NCBI GenBank assembly: GCA_022843945.1
Contig: JALHMR010000023.1
Coordinates: forward strand, 7,941-71,940
Length of the DNA: 64,000 bases
From: Rhodospirillaceae bacterium
GTDB lineage: Bacteria; Pseudomonadota; Alphaproteobacteria; CACIAM-22H2
Reading direction: 5' to 3'
The notes beneath the pieces are model-generated. The model made no database searches and was not told the origin of the DNA. It was given only the letters and a program-made list of their open reading frames with translations. Positions 50,271 through 58,925 of the stretch are shown in pieces (position 1 is the first letter of the stretch; each line of letters starts with the position of its first letter). The translations under genes were made by a program, and so were the position numbers.

Positions 50271-50471
50271 AACCCTCTCCGCCACGAAGTGGGGGAGAGG
50301 GAAGGGGCCCATCGCGCAGCAATGGGAAGGGTGAGGTGGTCTTTGCGGCAATACCCACCTCACCCGCCCGCCCAGTCTTTTTCCTCGCGCGCGTAGCCGC
50401 CACACCAACCCTACGCGCGCGAGAATGGCCGGAGGCTCGCACCCTCTCCCCCCGAAGCGGGCGGAGAGGGT
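50271..50471. repeat. Array of four consecutive perfect-stem hairpins (REP/BIME-like cluster) between convergent genes
   Basis: H1 is CCCTCTCC...GGAGAGGG (50273-50301). H2 is GGGTGAGGTGG n15 CCACCTCACCC (50329-50365). H3 is CTCGCGCGCGTAG n14 CTACGCGCGCGAG (50384-50423). H4 is ACCCTCTCC...GGAGAGGGT (50441-50471). Confidence 0.65.
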
Positions 50472-50486
50472 TGTTAGCGACATTGC

Positions 50487-51206
50487 TCAATCATCCCGAT
50501 CGTTCGCCGTCGACGGGTCAAAGGCGAGATCCGGGTTGACCTTGACCAGCGGCATCGGCGTGAAGATGCCAAGGTCATAGCCGGTGCGGCCGGCGATCTT
50601 CTCGCATTGCTCGTAGCGATTGATGCGGCTCTCGCTGCCGTCGCAGAGGAAGATCGAGACACGGTCGCGCCGGCGCAGGCGCTCGGAGTCGAAGAAATAG
50701 GCGAAGGCCGTGCGCTCGGGCAGGGTGGTCCAGCGCTCGACCAGCGCCGGGTCGGCCTTGCCGTCGGAATGGGTGACGATCCACCGCTGCAGGATCGGGA
50801 CCATGCGGGTCATCAGCTGCCCGCTCTCCTCGTAGTTACCGTGGAAGGCGACATAGGTTCTGCCGGGACGCTGCTCGTCGGTGAAGCCGCGCTCCACGCC
50901 GCCGAGGAACATGCGCGAGCATGACGAGCGGCAATAGCCCGAGAGCGCGGTGCGCAGGCCCTTCTGGCGGATATGCTCACCGATCTCGTAGCCGACGGTG
51001 GCATCGCCGCCCGGCGAATCCCGCAGGATGACCGTCCGGACCGCGGGGCTTGCCGCGAGCAGTTCGCGGAAGCGCTGGCCGTCGCCGTTGTGCACCGGGC
51101 CGGACAGAACCATCTGATCGCCGGCGACCAGCATGGTCATCGCCGAGGCGGAGGGGGCGGCTGCGGTGAGCAGAAGGGCCAGCGACGCGGCGACGCGAAA
51201 GGACAT
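50487..51206 (-). CDS. Hypothetical secreted protein, ClpP/SppA-fold-like periplasmic protein (COG3904-like)
   Basis: 239 aa with signal peptide MSFRVAASLALLLTAAAPSASA. It contains VILRDSPGGDATVGYEIGEHIRQKGL...CRSSCSRMFLGG, resembling the predicted periplasmic ClpP-like family. Tentative. Confidence 0.5.
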   Translation of the reverse strand: MSFRVAASLALLLTAAAPSASAMTMLVAGDQMVLSGPVHNGDGQRFRELLAASPAVRTVILRDSPGGDATVGYEIGEHIRQKGLRTALSGYCRSSCSRMFLGGVERGFTDEQRPGRTYVAFHGNYEESGQLMTRMVPILQRWIVTHSDGKADPALVERWTTLPERTAFAYFFDSERLRRRDRVSIFLCDGSESRINRYEQCEKIAGRTGYDLGIFTPMPLVKVNPDLAFDPSTANDRDD

Positions 51207-51256
51207 GGTGCGATTTTAGCGGCCGGCGGGCCGAGCTTCCACGGTCTCCGCCAGCC

Positions 51257-51619
51257 CTAGGGACGTGGACCCCAGCGCCGGGTGTCGGAGACGCGGATCG
51301 TGGCGCTCCGGGTCGTGGCATTGGTGCGCAGTCGCAGCTCGAAGGTGTGGGTGGCGCCAGCGGGAATGTCGCGCTGGTTGGCCAGCCAGGTATCGTCGAC
51401 GGTCACGACCCGCCCCGCCTCGTCGCGGAACGTCAGCTGCAGCTGAACGCCGGCCGGCTCGGCGCAGCGGTTGACCAGCTCGCCGGCCACGGTGGTCCAG
51501 CCCCGGTCGCGCTCCCAGGTCCAGCGGGTGATCTGGATATCATCCACCGTGCAGGCGGCCGAGGCCGGTGTCACGGCGGCGAGAAGCGCAGGCACGGCAA
51601 GCAAGGCGCAAAGGCGCAT
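51257..51619 (-). CDS. Hypothetical small secreted protein (beta-rich)
   Basis: 120 aa with signal peptide MRLCALLAVPALLAAVTPASA, two Cys and a coding-like GC3 pattern. No family recognised with confidence. Confidence 0.5.
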   Translation of the reverse strand: MRLCALLAVPALLAAVTPASAACTVDDIQITRWTWERDRGWTTVAGELVNRCAEPAGVQLQLTFRDEAGRVVTVDDTWLANQRDIPAGATHTFELRLRTNATTRSATIRVSDTRRWGPRP

Positions 51620-51925
51620 GGCCCGACTCTACACGAAAGCGGAAAGCGGAGGGCCTAACGGAGGATCCCAAGAAGCGAGAACAGGGCGAGAAGCGCGGCA
51701 ATGGTAACGGCGCCGCGCAGGAGAAGGCCGGCCCAGTCGCTGAGAATGGTCGAGTTCATGGCGCCGCACCATCGACGGAGCGCCGGCGGGCGGCAATTGA
51801 GAGATTTTACCGCCTCGCCTCAGAAATTTTGTCGTTTTGTGCCAAGCGACTAAAGACCGCAAGAACCGGGTCGCTGCGGCGGCGGCGAGTTGCCAGAGTC
51901 GGGGCCAACAAACCTGGAGGTTGCC

Positions 51926-52393
51926 ATGAACTTTCGCATCACCGGCCTGCCGGCCGAGAATTTCCGCCCGCTCTTCGCGCTGTCGGATGCCGAGCTGGCC
52001 GCGCGCGGCGCCGTGCGCCGGATCGCCGATGACCGTAAGCCCGGCTATCCCTGCCGCGTCAGCCTGACCGACTCAAAGGTTGGCGATCACCTGATCCTGG
52101 TGAACTACGAGCATCACGCGGTGGATTCGCCCTATCGCATGCGTTTCGCCGTCTACGTGCGCGAAGGCGAGGAGACCTACGAGGCCGTCGACGAGGTGCC
52201 GGAGCAGCTGCGCAAGCGCACCCTGGCGCTGCGCGCCTTCGATGCCAACGCCATGATGGTCGGCCACCAGCTCACGGAAGGGACGGGTCTGGAAGCTGCC
52301 CTCGAGATGCTGTTCGGCGATCCGCGCACCGCCTACATCCACGCCCACTACGCCGCGGCCGGCTGCTACGCGGCGAAGATCACGCGGGCGTAG
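51926..52393 (+). CDS. DUF1203 family protein
   Basis: Start at ATG 51926 after GGAGG. It reads MNFRITGLPAENFRPLFALSDAELAARGAVRRIADDRKPGYPCRVSL..., matching the DUF1203 pattern as I recall it. Confidence 0.65.
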   Translation: MNFRITGLPAENFRPLFALSDAELAARGAVRRIADDRKPGYPCRVSLTDSKVGDHLILVNYEHHAVDSPYRMRFAVYVREGEETYEAVDEVPEQLRKRTLALRAFDANAMMVGHQLTEGTGLEAALEMLFGDPRTAYIHAHYAAAGCYAAKITRA

Positions 52394-52410
52394 AGAGACA
52401 GGTTCGGAGT

Positions 52411-52497
52411 ACCCCTCACCCTAACCCTCCCCCACGAGGGGGAGGGGACTCAAAATCTCCCTTCCCCTTGATGGGGGAGGGTTGGGGTGGGGGTGAC
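52411..52497. repeat. Inverted pair of REP units (BIME-like) between convergent genes
   Basis: The unit ACCCCTCACCCTAACCCTCCCCCACGAGGGGGAGGGG (52411-52447) is an imperfect reverse complement of CCCTTCCCCTTGATGGGGGAGGGTTGGGGTGGGGGTGAC (52458-52497). The second unit is near-identical to the one at 35989-36026. Confidence 0.6.
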
Positions 52498-52513
52498 TTG
52501 GTTCTGGGAACAG

Positions 52514-53839
52514 TCAGGCCGCAACCGCCATCGCGCTGGAGCCGCGCCGGCGCCGCTGCAGCAGCCAGTAGGCGATGGCCATGTTGACCAGGTTCCAGGC
52601 GATGCCGTGCACCAGGGCAGCCGAATAGGAGCCGGTCCAGTCGTAGATCTCGCCGGAGAGCCAGCCGCCCAAGGCCATGCCGGCGAGGGTGGTCGAGATG
52701 GCCAGGCTGACGCGGAAGCCGGCTTCCTTGGCGGGGAACAGCTCGCGGATGATCACCGCGTAGCTCGGCACGATGCCACCCTGCACCAGGCCGAACACGG
52801 CGGAGATGACGAAGAGCGAGACCAGCCCCTCGAAAGGCAGATAGAGAGCGAGCGCGATCGCCTGCAGGGTCGAGCTGAGCAGCAGGGTGGGCAGGCCGCC
52901 GAGGCGGTTGAGCACGTAACCGAAGATCAGGCGGCTGGCCACGCCGAAGCCGAGCATCAGGGAAAGCATCTCGGCGCCGCGTGCCGGGCCGTAGCCGAGA
53001 TCGACGCACCAGGCGACGAGATGGACCTGCGGCATCGACATGGCGACGCAGCAGCACAACCCGGCGAAGGTCAGCAGGCCGTGGGTGACGTTGGGCGGCA
53101 GGCCGATCGCCTGGTTGGCGTTGCCGGTCGAAGCCAGCTCGACAGCCGGCTTGTGGAAGACCGGGCGGCGGCGCAGCACCAGGGCCAGCGGCAGCATGGT
53201 GGCCAGGCAGAAGATGCCGATGCCGATATGGGTCTGGCGCCAGCCGACGCTGGAGATGAAATGCTCGAGGAAGGGCGGCCAGACCACGCCGGCGACGTAG
53301 CTGCCGGCGGCGGCGAAGGACATGGCGAGGCCGCGGTGCCGGTCGAACCAGAGGGAAACATCGGCCACCATCGGGGCGAAACTCGCCGAGCTGCCGATGC
53401 CGATGGTCAGGCCTGAGATGATGGCGAACGACGCCAGGCCGGGGGCGAAGGCGGTGATGATGTAGCCGAAGCTCATCAGCACCGTGCCGCCGATGAAAGG
53501 CGGCAGGATGCCGAAGCGGTCGGCCAGCCGGCCGACCGCGATGCCGCCGACCATGAAGCCCAGCGTGGTCAGCGTGTAGGGCAGGGAGGCGCCGCCGCGC
53601 CCGACACCGAAATCCGCCTGCACGGCAGGCAGCGCCACGACCAGCGACCACAGCCCGACGCAGCCGAGGGTGCTCAGGGTGATGGAGACGACGAGGCGGA
53701 CCCAGGAGTAAGAAGTCTCGATCGATGCTTCAGGCGGCACTGGTGATGGTCCTCGGAACTCTGTTCTTGGAGTAGTTATCGCTTGTTCTTCGAGGTCGAC
53801 AAAGCAGGAATTCTCTTTTGTGTGACGATCCGGTCTCAT
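52514..53839 (-). CDS. MFS transporter
   Basis: 441 aa with about 12 hydrophobic helices and the MFS motif GRLADRFG after TM2. The N-terminal ~45 aa are hydrophilic, so the start could be further in. It is divergent from a LysR gene. Confidence 0.8.
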   Translation of the reverse strand: MRPDRHTKENSCFVDLEEQAITTPRTEFRGPSPVPPEASIETSYSWVRLVVSITLSTLGCVGLWSLVVALPAVQADFGVGRGGASLPYTLTTLGFMVGGIAVGRLADRFGILPPFIGGTVLMSFGYIITAFAPGLASFAIISGLTIGIGSSASFAPMVADVSLWFDRHRGLAMSFAAAGSYVAGVVWPPFLEHFISSVGWRQTHIGIGIFCLATMLPLALVLRRRPVFHKPAVELASTGNANQAIGLPPNVTHGLLTFAGLCCCVAMSMPQVHLVAWCVDLGYGPARGAEMLSLMLGFGVASRLIFGYVLNRLGGLPTLLLSSTLQAIALALYLPFEGLVSLFVISAVFGLVQGGIVPSYAVIIRELFPAKEAGFRVSLAISTTLAGMALGGWLSGEIYDWTGSYSAALVHGIAWNLVNMAIAYWLLQRRRRGSSAMAVAA

Positions 53840-53899
53840 GCACCTTAGGGATCGCCGCCCTTCAGTTAATGTATCGATACAAGTTCACCGGAGCTCGCC

Positions 53900-54514
53900 A
53901 TGACCTATCTCCTGCCGCCGCTGAATGCCCTGCGTGCCTTCGAGGCGGCGGCCCGCCATCTGAGCTTCAAACAGGCCGCGCACGAGCTGCATGTCATCGC
54001 CGGGGCGATCAGCCAGCAGGTACGACTGCTGGAAGACAGGCTCGGCGTGAAGCTCTTCGAGCGGCTGGCACGACAGGTGATCCTGACGCAGGCCGGCAAG
54101 GACTATCTCGGGCCCGTCCGCGACGCCTTCCGCCGCATCACCGAAGCGACAGTCGAGCTCAAGGCGGAAGGCATCACCACCGTCCTGCATGTCGGCGTGC
54201 ATCCCGGCATTGACCTGGAGGCGCTGCGCGAGCGCCTCGATCAATTCCGGCGACGGCAGCCGGAGGTCACGTTACGGATCAGCCAGCCCGCGGGACTGCT
54301 CGAGCTGCTCGAGGGCAAGGTCGACGTGGCGATCGAGCGCAGCCCGCGCCGTCATCCGGGCTATCGCTGCGATCCGCTGGACGATGGCTCCCTGATCGGC
54401 CCGGTCGGCACGGCCGATTGTCCCGAGGTCGACGCCTTGCGGGCCTGTTTCCTGTCCGTCAGCCCGCCGGCCGCGGCGCCACGTCGAGCCGCACAATCGC
54501 GCCTTCCAGCCTAG
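53900..54514 (+). CDS. LysR-family transcriptional regulator, truncated (HTH plus about half of the effector domain; possible pseudogene)
   Basis: 204 aa against about 300 for the family. It has a GcvA-like HTH LNALRAFEAAARHLSFKQAAHELHVIAGAISQQVRLLE. Recognisable similarity fades after about residue 165. The last 56 nt overlap the convergent MBL gene. Confidence 0.55.
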   Translation: MTYLLPPLNALRAFEAAARHLSFKQAAHELHVIAGAISQQVRLLEDRLGVKLFERLARQVILTQAGKDYLGPVRDAFRRITEATVELKAEGITTVLHVGVHPGIDLEALRERLDQFRRRQPEVTLRISQPAGLLELLEGKVDVAIERSPRRHPGYRCDPLDDGSLIGPVGTADCPEVDALRACFLSVSPPAAAPRRAAQSRLPA

Positions 54515-55265
54515 GGCTGGCTGCCGGGTAGAGCTTCATCACCAGCGGATCGTGGCCGGGGATGATGTGGTCGGATGATTCGGCCAGGCGCTCGATCTTG
54601 CGATAGGCCTGGACCATGTCGTCGAGCCGGTAGGCGATGGTGAACAGGCGGTTCTTCTGGAAATGCTCGTAGTAGTGGCTGGCATCCGAAGCCAGGACCA
54701 TCCAGCCGCGCGAAGTGTGCACGCGCACCACCTGCAACCCGGCGGTGTGGCCACCCATGTGGTGGACGGTGATGCCCGGCGCGATCTCGCCCTCGCCGTC
54801 GTGGAATTCCACCCGGCCCTTGAAGTTGAGCCGCACCATGCCGACGACGTCATCGGGCTCGAAGCCGCCGCCGAAGAACGGATAGCGCATGTGCCGGCCG
54901 GTGGCGTACTGCATCTCCTTGTCCTGGAGATGGAAGCGCGCCGCCGGCAGCTTGTGGGCGTTGCCCACGTGGTCGTAATGCAGGTGGGTGAGGATGGCGT
55001 CCTTGACCTCCGCCGGGCGGATGTCGAGCTGGGTGAGGCTGTCGATTGGGCAGCGCAGGAACTCGCGCTTGCGCTGGGCGGCCATCTCTGCGGTGTAGCC
55101 CAGGTCGACCACGATCTCGCGGCCGGCCCCCCTGATCACCCAGACGAAGTAGTCCATGGGCATCGGCCCATCGTGCGGGTCGCCGCCGATGAAGTGCTCG
55201 GCCCGCGTGCCGTCGCGCGTGGCGTAGCGGATGGCGTAGACCTCGTAAGTGGGTAGAGCGGCCAT
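54459..55265 (-). CDS. Metallo-beta-lactamase-fold hydrolase (N-acyl-homoserine-lactonase-like family)
   Basis: Start at ATG 55265 after GGGGAGG. It has the HLHYDH zinc motif, later His/Asp ligands (GGHTAG, ASDASH, PGHD), and an N-terminus YEVYAIRYA typical of the lactonase-like subgroup. Confidence 0.8.
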   Translation of the reverse strand: MAALPTYEVYAIRYATRDGTRAEHFIGGDPHDGPMPMDYFVWVIRGAGREIVVDLGYTAEMAAQRKREFLRCPIDSLTQLDIRPAEVKDAILTHLHYDHVGNAHKLPAARFHLQDKEMQYATGRHMRYPFFGGGFEPDDVVGMVRLNFKGRVEFHDGEGEIAPGITVHHMGGHTAGLQVVRVHTSRGWMVLASDASHYYEHFQKNRLFTIAYRLDDMVQAYRKIERLAESSDHIIPGHDPLVMKLYPAASPRLEGAIVRLDVAPRPAG

Positions 55266-55336
55266 GTCCTCCCCGTCGGCTTTGCTCCGATCATAGACCA
55301 GCGATAAGGTGGCGCGCCAACAGGGAGAGTGCAGCG

Positions 55337-56236
55337 ATGGCGGGTCAGACAATCGGCTTTATCGGGCTGGGTCGGATGGGCGGCCCCATGGCGGGGCGGC
55401 TGCTCGATGCTGGCCACACGCTGCATCTCTACGACACCAGCAAGAAGGCGCTGGAGCCGCTGCTGGCGCGCGGCGTCACCAGCCATAGCTCGCCGGCGGG
55501 CGTCGCTGCGGTGGCGCCGCTGGTCCTGCTGAGCCTGCCCACGCCGGATATCGTCCAGGCCGTGGCGCTGGGCGAGCAGGGGCTGGCGCAGGGCAAGGTG
55601 GTCAAGACAGTGATCGATCTCTCGACCACCGGCCCGCGTGTCGCCGCCATTGTCGCGGCCGGGCTAGCGGAGAAGAAGATCGGCTGGGTCGACGCGCCGG
55701 TGAGCGGCGGCGTGCCCGGGGCCAGGGCCGGGACGCTGTCCGTCATGGTCTCCTGCCCGAAGGCCACCTACACGGCGGTGGAACCGATCCTCAAGACCTT
55801 CGGCAAGCTGTTCTTCTGCGGCGAGAAGCCGGGCCTGGGCCAGTCGGCGAAGCTGGCCAACAACCTGCTGGGGGCGGCGGCCATCGCCGTCTCGGCCGAG
55901 GCCATGGCCATGGCGGTCAAGGCCGGGCTCGACGCCCAGGTGATGCTCGACATCATCAATGTCAGCAGCGGCCGCAACAGCGCCACGCTCGACAAGTTCC
56001 CCAAGTCGATCCTCACCGGAAAATTCGACTGGGGCTTCTCCACCGGCCTGTCCTACAAGGACGTGCGGCTGTGCGTCGACGAGGCCGAGGCGCTGGGCGT
56101 GCCCATGGTGATCGGCGCCGCGGTGCGCCAGATCCTGGCCATCACCCACGCCAAGTACGGGCCGGATTCGGATTTCACCGAGATGGCGCGGCTGGTCGAG
56201 GAATGGGCTGGGGTCGAGATCCGGAGCAAGGGATGA
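55337..56236 (+). CDS. NAD(P)-dependent beta-hydroxyacid dehydrogenase (3-hydroxyisobutyrate dehydrogenase family)
   Basis: 299 aa with IGFIGLGRMGGPMA (Rossmann), DAPVSGG and GQSAKLANN motifs. Confidence 0.85.
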   Translation: MAGQTIGFIGLGRMGGPMAGRLLDAGHTLHLYDTSKKALEPLLARGVTSHSSPAGVAAVAPLVLLSLPTPDIVQAVALGEQGLAQGKVVKTVIDLSTTGPRVAAIVAAGLAEKKIGWVDAPVSGGVPGARAGTLSVMVSCPKATYTAVEPILKTFGKLFFCGEKPGLGQSAKLANNLLGAAAIAVSAEAMAMAVKAGLDAQVMLDIINVSSGRNSATLDKFPKSILTGKFDWGFSTGLSYKDVRLCVDEAEALGVPMVIGAAVRQILAITHAKYGPDSDFTEMARLVEEWAGVEIRSKG

Positions 56237-57126
56237 TCATCGGCAACCAGCAGGAGCTGACCGAGCAGGTGCTGCGCGTGATGGCGCAGACGGAGGATCC
56301 GCGCCTGCGTGAGATCATGACGGCCCTGGTCAAGCATCTGCACAGTTTTGTGCGCGAGGTGAAGCTGACCGAGGAGGAGTTCCGCACGGCGGCGGCGATC
56401 ATCGCACGCATGGGCCACCTCACCACCGATACGCATAACGAGGTGATCCTGATGGCGGGATCGCTGGGCGTGTCCTCGCTGGTCTGCCTGCTCAACAACG
56501 GCAATAACGGCACGACCGAGACCTCGCAGAACCTGCTCGGCCCGTTCTGGCGGCTGAACTCGCCGCGCCTGGAGAACGGCGCCTCGATCGTGCGCTCGCC
56601 CACGCCGGGCCCGGCGCTGTTCATGACGGCGCGGGTGGTGGACCAGAAGAAGAAGCCGGTGGCCGGCGCCGAGGTCGATATCTGGCAGTCGGCGCCGACC
56701 GGCTATTACGAGAACCAGGACGAGAGCCAGGTCGACATGAACCTGCGCGGCAAGTTCACCACCGACACGCAAGGCCGCTTCTGGTTCCGCTCGGTGAAGC
56801 CCGCCGGTTATCCCATCCCGACCGACGGCGTGGTGGGTAACCTCCTGAAGCTGCAGAAGCGCCATCCCTACCGGCCGGCGCACGTTCACGCGCTGATCTT
56901 CAAGCCGGGCTTCAAGACGGTGATCTCGCAGGTCTATGCCGACGACGATCCCAACCTCGAGACCGACACGCAATTTGGTGTAACTCGCGCCCTCGTCGGG
57001 CGCTTCGTGCGCCATGACGCGCCAAATCCGGCCGCGCCCGATGCCGGCACGCCGTGGTATTCCCTCGACTACACCTTCATCATGGAGCCGGGGGAGGCGA
57101 AACTGCCCCGCCCGCCGATCAAATAG
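56233..57126 (+). CDS. Intradiol ring-cleavage dioxygenase, hydroxyquinol 1,2-dioxygenase-like
   Basis: Start at ATG 56233 overlapping the previous stop (ATGA). It has the N-terminal catechol-dioxygenase helical domain, LLGPFWR, the Tyr/Tyr/His/His ligand context (GYYENQD, KPAGYPIP, RPAHVH) and is 297 aa. Confidence 0.8.
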   Translation: MIIGNQQELTEQVLRVMAQTEDPRLREIMTALVKHLHSFVREVKLTEEEFRTAAAIIARMGHLTTDTHNEVILMAGSLGVSSLVCLLNNGNNGTTETSQNLLGPFWRLNSPRLENGASIVRSPTPGPALFMTARVVDQKKKPVAGAEVDIWQSAPTGYYENQDESQVDMNLRGKFTTDTQGRFWFRSVKPAGYPIPTDGVVGNLLKLQKRHPYRPAHVHALIFKPGFKTVISQVYADDDPNLETDTQFGVTRALVGRFVRHDAPNPAAPDAGTPWYSLDYTFIMEPGEAKLPRPPIK

Positions 57127-57136
57127 CCCCGATCCG

Positions 57137-57787
57137 ATGAAAACCCGAAAGAAGAAGCGCGGGGCCCCGCAGCGCACCAACGATCCCGAGCGCACCAAGC
57201 GCGACATCGTCGCGGTGGCAACGCACGAGATCGCCGAGAACGGCCTGAGCGGGGCGCGGGTCGACGAGATCGCCGCGCGCACCAAGACCAGCAAGCGGAT
57301 GATCTACTACTACTTCGGCAGCAAGGAGGGGCTCTACCTCGCCGTGCTGGAGGACGCCTATCGCCACATCCGCAGCATCGAGGGCGAGCTCAAGGTCGAT
57401 CACCTGTCCCCCGAGGAGGGGTTGGCCCAGCTCGTGCGCTCGACCTTCGACTATCACCTGGCCAATCCCGATTTCGCCCGGCTGGTGATGAACGAGAACA
57501 TGCATCGCGGCGAGTTCATCGGCCAGTCGACGATCATCCAGAAGCTCAACGTGCCGGCCATCCAGTCGGTGCGCAGCCTCTACGAGCGCGGCCGCAAGGC
57601 CGGGGTGTTCCGCGACGGCGTCGATCCGGTGGAGCTGCACTGGACCATCAGCGCGCTCTGCCTGTTCAACGTCTCCAACCGCTACACGTTTTCGGTGATC
57701 TTCAAGCGCGACGTCGGTTCCGCCTCGGTGCTCGCCGCACGCCGCCAGACCGTCATCGACACGATCCTCAGCTCCGTGCGCCGGTAA
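57137..57787 (+). CDS. TetR/AcrR-family transcriptional regulator
   Basis: Start at ATG 57137. The HTH is IVAVATHEIAENGLSGARVDEIAARTKTSKRMIYYYFGSKEGLY. Confidence 0.85.
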   Translation: MKTRKKKRGAPQRTNDPERTKRDIVAVATHEIAENGLSGARVDEIAARTKTSKRMIYYYFGSKEGLYLAVLEDAYRHIRSIEGELKVDHLSPEEGLAQLVRSTFDYHLANPDFARLVMNENMHRGEFIGQSTIIQKLNVPAIQSVRSLYERGRKAGVFRDGVDPVELHWTISALCLFNVSNRYTFSVIFKRDVGSASVLAARRQTVIDTILSSVRR

Positions 57788-57812
57788 ACGAACGCCGGCG
57801 CGGGCCGGGTTT

Positions 57813-57844
57813 CGTTGACAGATTAACCGTTTGGTACATTATGG
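57813..57844 (+). promoter_or_regulatory. Promoter/operator box, copy 1 (TTGACA-n16-CATTAT)
   Basis: CGTTGACAGATTAACCGTTTGGTACATTATGG matches the box at 58926-58957 at 27 of 32 positions. It lies about 36 nt upstream of the dctP-1 start and is flanked by the inverted CGTTGAC / GTCAACG. Confidence 0.45.
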
Positions 57845-57879
57845 GGTCAACGCTTCCCATAAGAACCAGTGGAGGAAAC

Positions 57880-58884
57880 ATGCGCGCCGTCTCCCGCCGT
57901 TCCATCCTTGCCGCCGGCGCCGCTTCCGCCGCCGTGCTGTCGGCCCCCGCTGTGTTTAGTTCGAAGAGCTGGGCCCAGGCGAAACCAAAGCTGCGCTGCG
58001 CCGCGGTGTTCACCGAGCAGGATATCCGCGCCGAGGCGTTCAAGATGTTCGGCAAGGATCTCGGCGAGCGCTACGATATCGAGTTCTTCTTCGGCGGCAC
58101 GCTGTTCAAGCAGGGCGCCGAGCTCGTCGCCATGCAGCGCGGCAACATCGAGATGTCCAATCTGGCACCCCAGGACATCTCGGGTCAGATCCCGGCCTGG
58201 TCGATCCTGACCTCGGCCTACATATTCCGCGATGTCGATCATCTGAATAAGGTATTCAACGGCCCGGTCGGCGCCGAATTCAAGAAGTCGGCGCGCGACC
58301 AGCTCGGCGTGCACATCCTCACCCCGGTCTATTTCGGCACGCGCCAGGTCAACCTGCGCTCGACCAAGAAGATCAGTACCCCGGCCGACATGGCGGGTAC
58401 CAAGCTGCGCATGCCGCCGGGCGAGGCCTGGCAGCTGCTGGGCGAGGCGATGGGGGCCAACCCGACGCCGGTGGCCTTCGCCGAGCTCTACACCGCCCTG
58501 CAGTCGGGCGCGGTGGATGGCCAGGACAATCCGCTGCCCACCAGCCGCACCATGAAGTTCCATGAGGTGACCAAGCAGTTCATCCTGACCAACCACCTCG
58601 TTGGCTACAACGTGCTGGCGGTCACCACCAAGGTCTGGGACGTGATGCCGGCGGCGCAGCAGCAGGCCTTCCAGGCTTCGGTGGAGAAGGCGATGGCCTG
58701 GAACACGGCCAAGCACCTGGAGCAGGAGAAGGAGATGGTGGACTTCTTCAAGGCGCAGGGGCTGGAGGTCTACGCGCCCAACGTCGCGGCCTTCCGCGAG
58801 GCCGCCCAGAAGAAGTACCTCGCCTCCAGCCTCGCCAAGGACTGGCCGCCGGGCATGTTGGAGCGCATCAACGCGGTTCGTTGA
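57880..58884 (+). CDS. dctP: TRAP transporter substrate-binding protein (DctP family), paralogue 1
   Basis: Start at ATG 57880 after GGAGGA. It has the Tat-type signal MRAVSRRSILAAGAASAAVL and a DctP-like body. Confidence 0.9.
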   Translation: MRAVSRRSILAAGAASAAVLSAPAVFSSKSWAQAKPKLRCAAVFTEQDIRAEAFKMFGKDLGERYDIEFFFGGTLFKQGAELVAMQRGNIEMSNLAPQDISGQIPAWSILTSAYIFRDVDHLNKVFNGPVGAEFKKSARDQLGVHILTPVYFGTRQVNLRSTKKISTPADMAGTKLRMPPGEAWQLLGEAMGANPTPVAFAELYTALQSGAVDGQDNPLPTSRTMKFHEVTKQFILTNHLVGYNVLAVTTKVWDVMPAAQQQAFQASVEKAMAWNTAKHLEQEKEMVDFFKAQGLEVYAPNVAAFREAAQKKYLASSLAKDWPPGMLERINAVR

Positions 58885-58925
58885 TCCGCGTCGCCGTTGA
58901 CGTTAATCCCCGTCCGCGGGGGCCA

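Noticed and set aside
50271-50471. Possible CRISPR array, given the repeated hairpins at regular-looking intervals.
   Set aside because: The four hairpins have different sequences and lengths, so there is no constant direct repeat and no uniform spacers. There are no cas genes in the window. The units match REP-like copies at other loci.
57841-57879. ATG 57841 and ATG 58954 as starts of the two dctP genes, as suggested by the ORF track.
   Set aside because: These ATGs lie inside the CATTATG promoter-like box. The downstream ATGs (57880, 59005) follow GGAGGA/AGGAGG at ideal spacing and give canonical twin-arginine signal peptides starting MR(A/S)…RRS.
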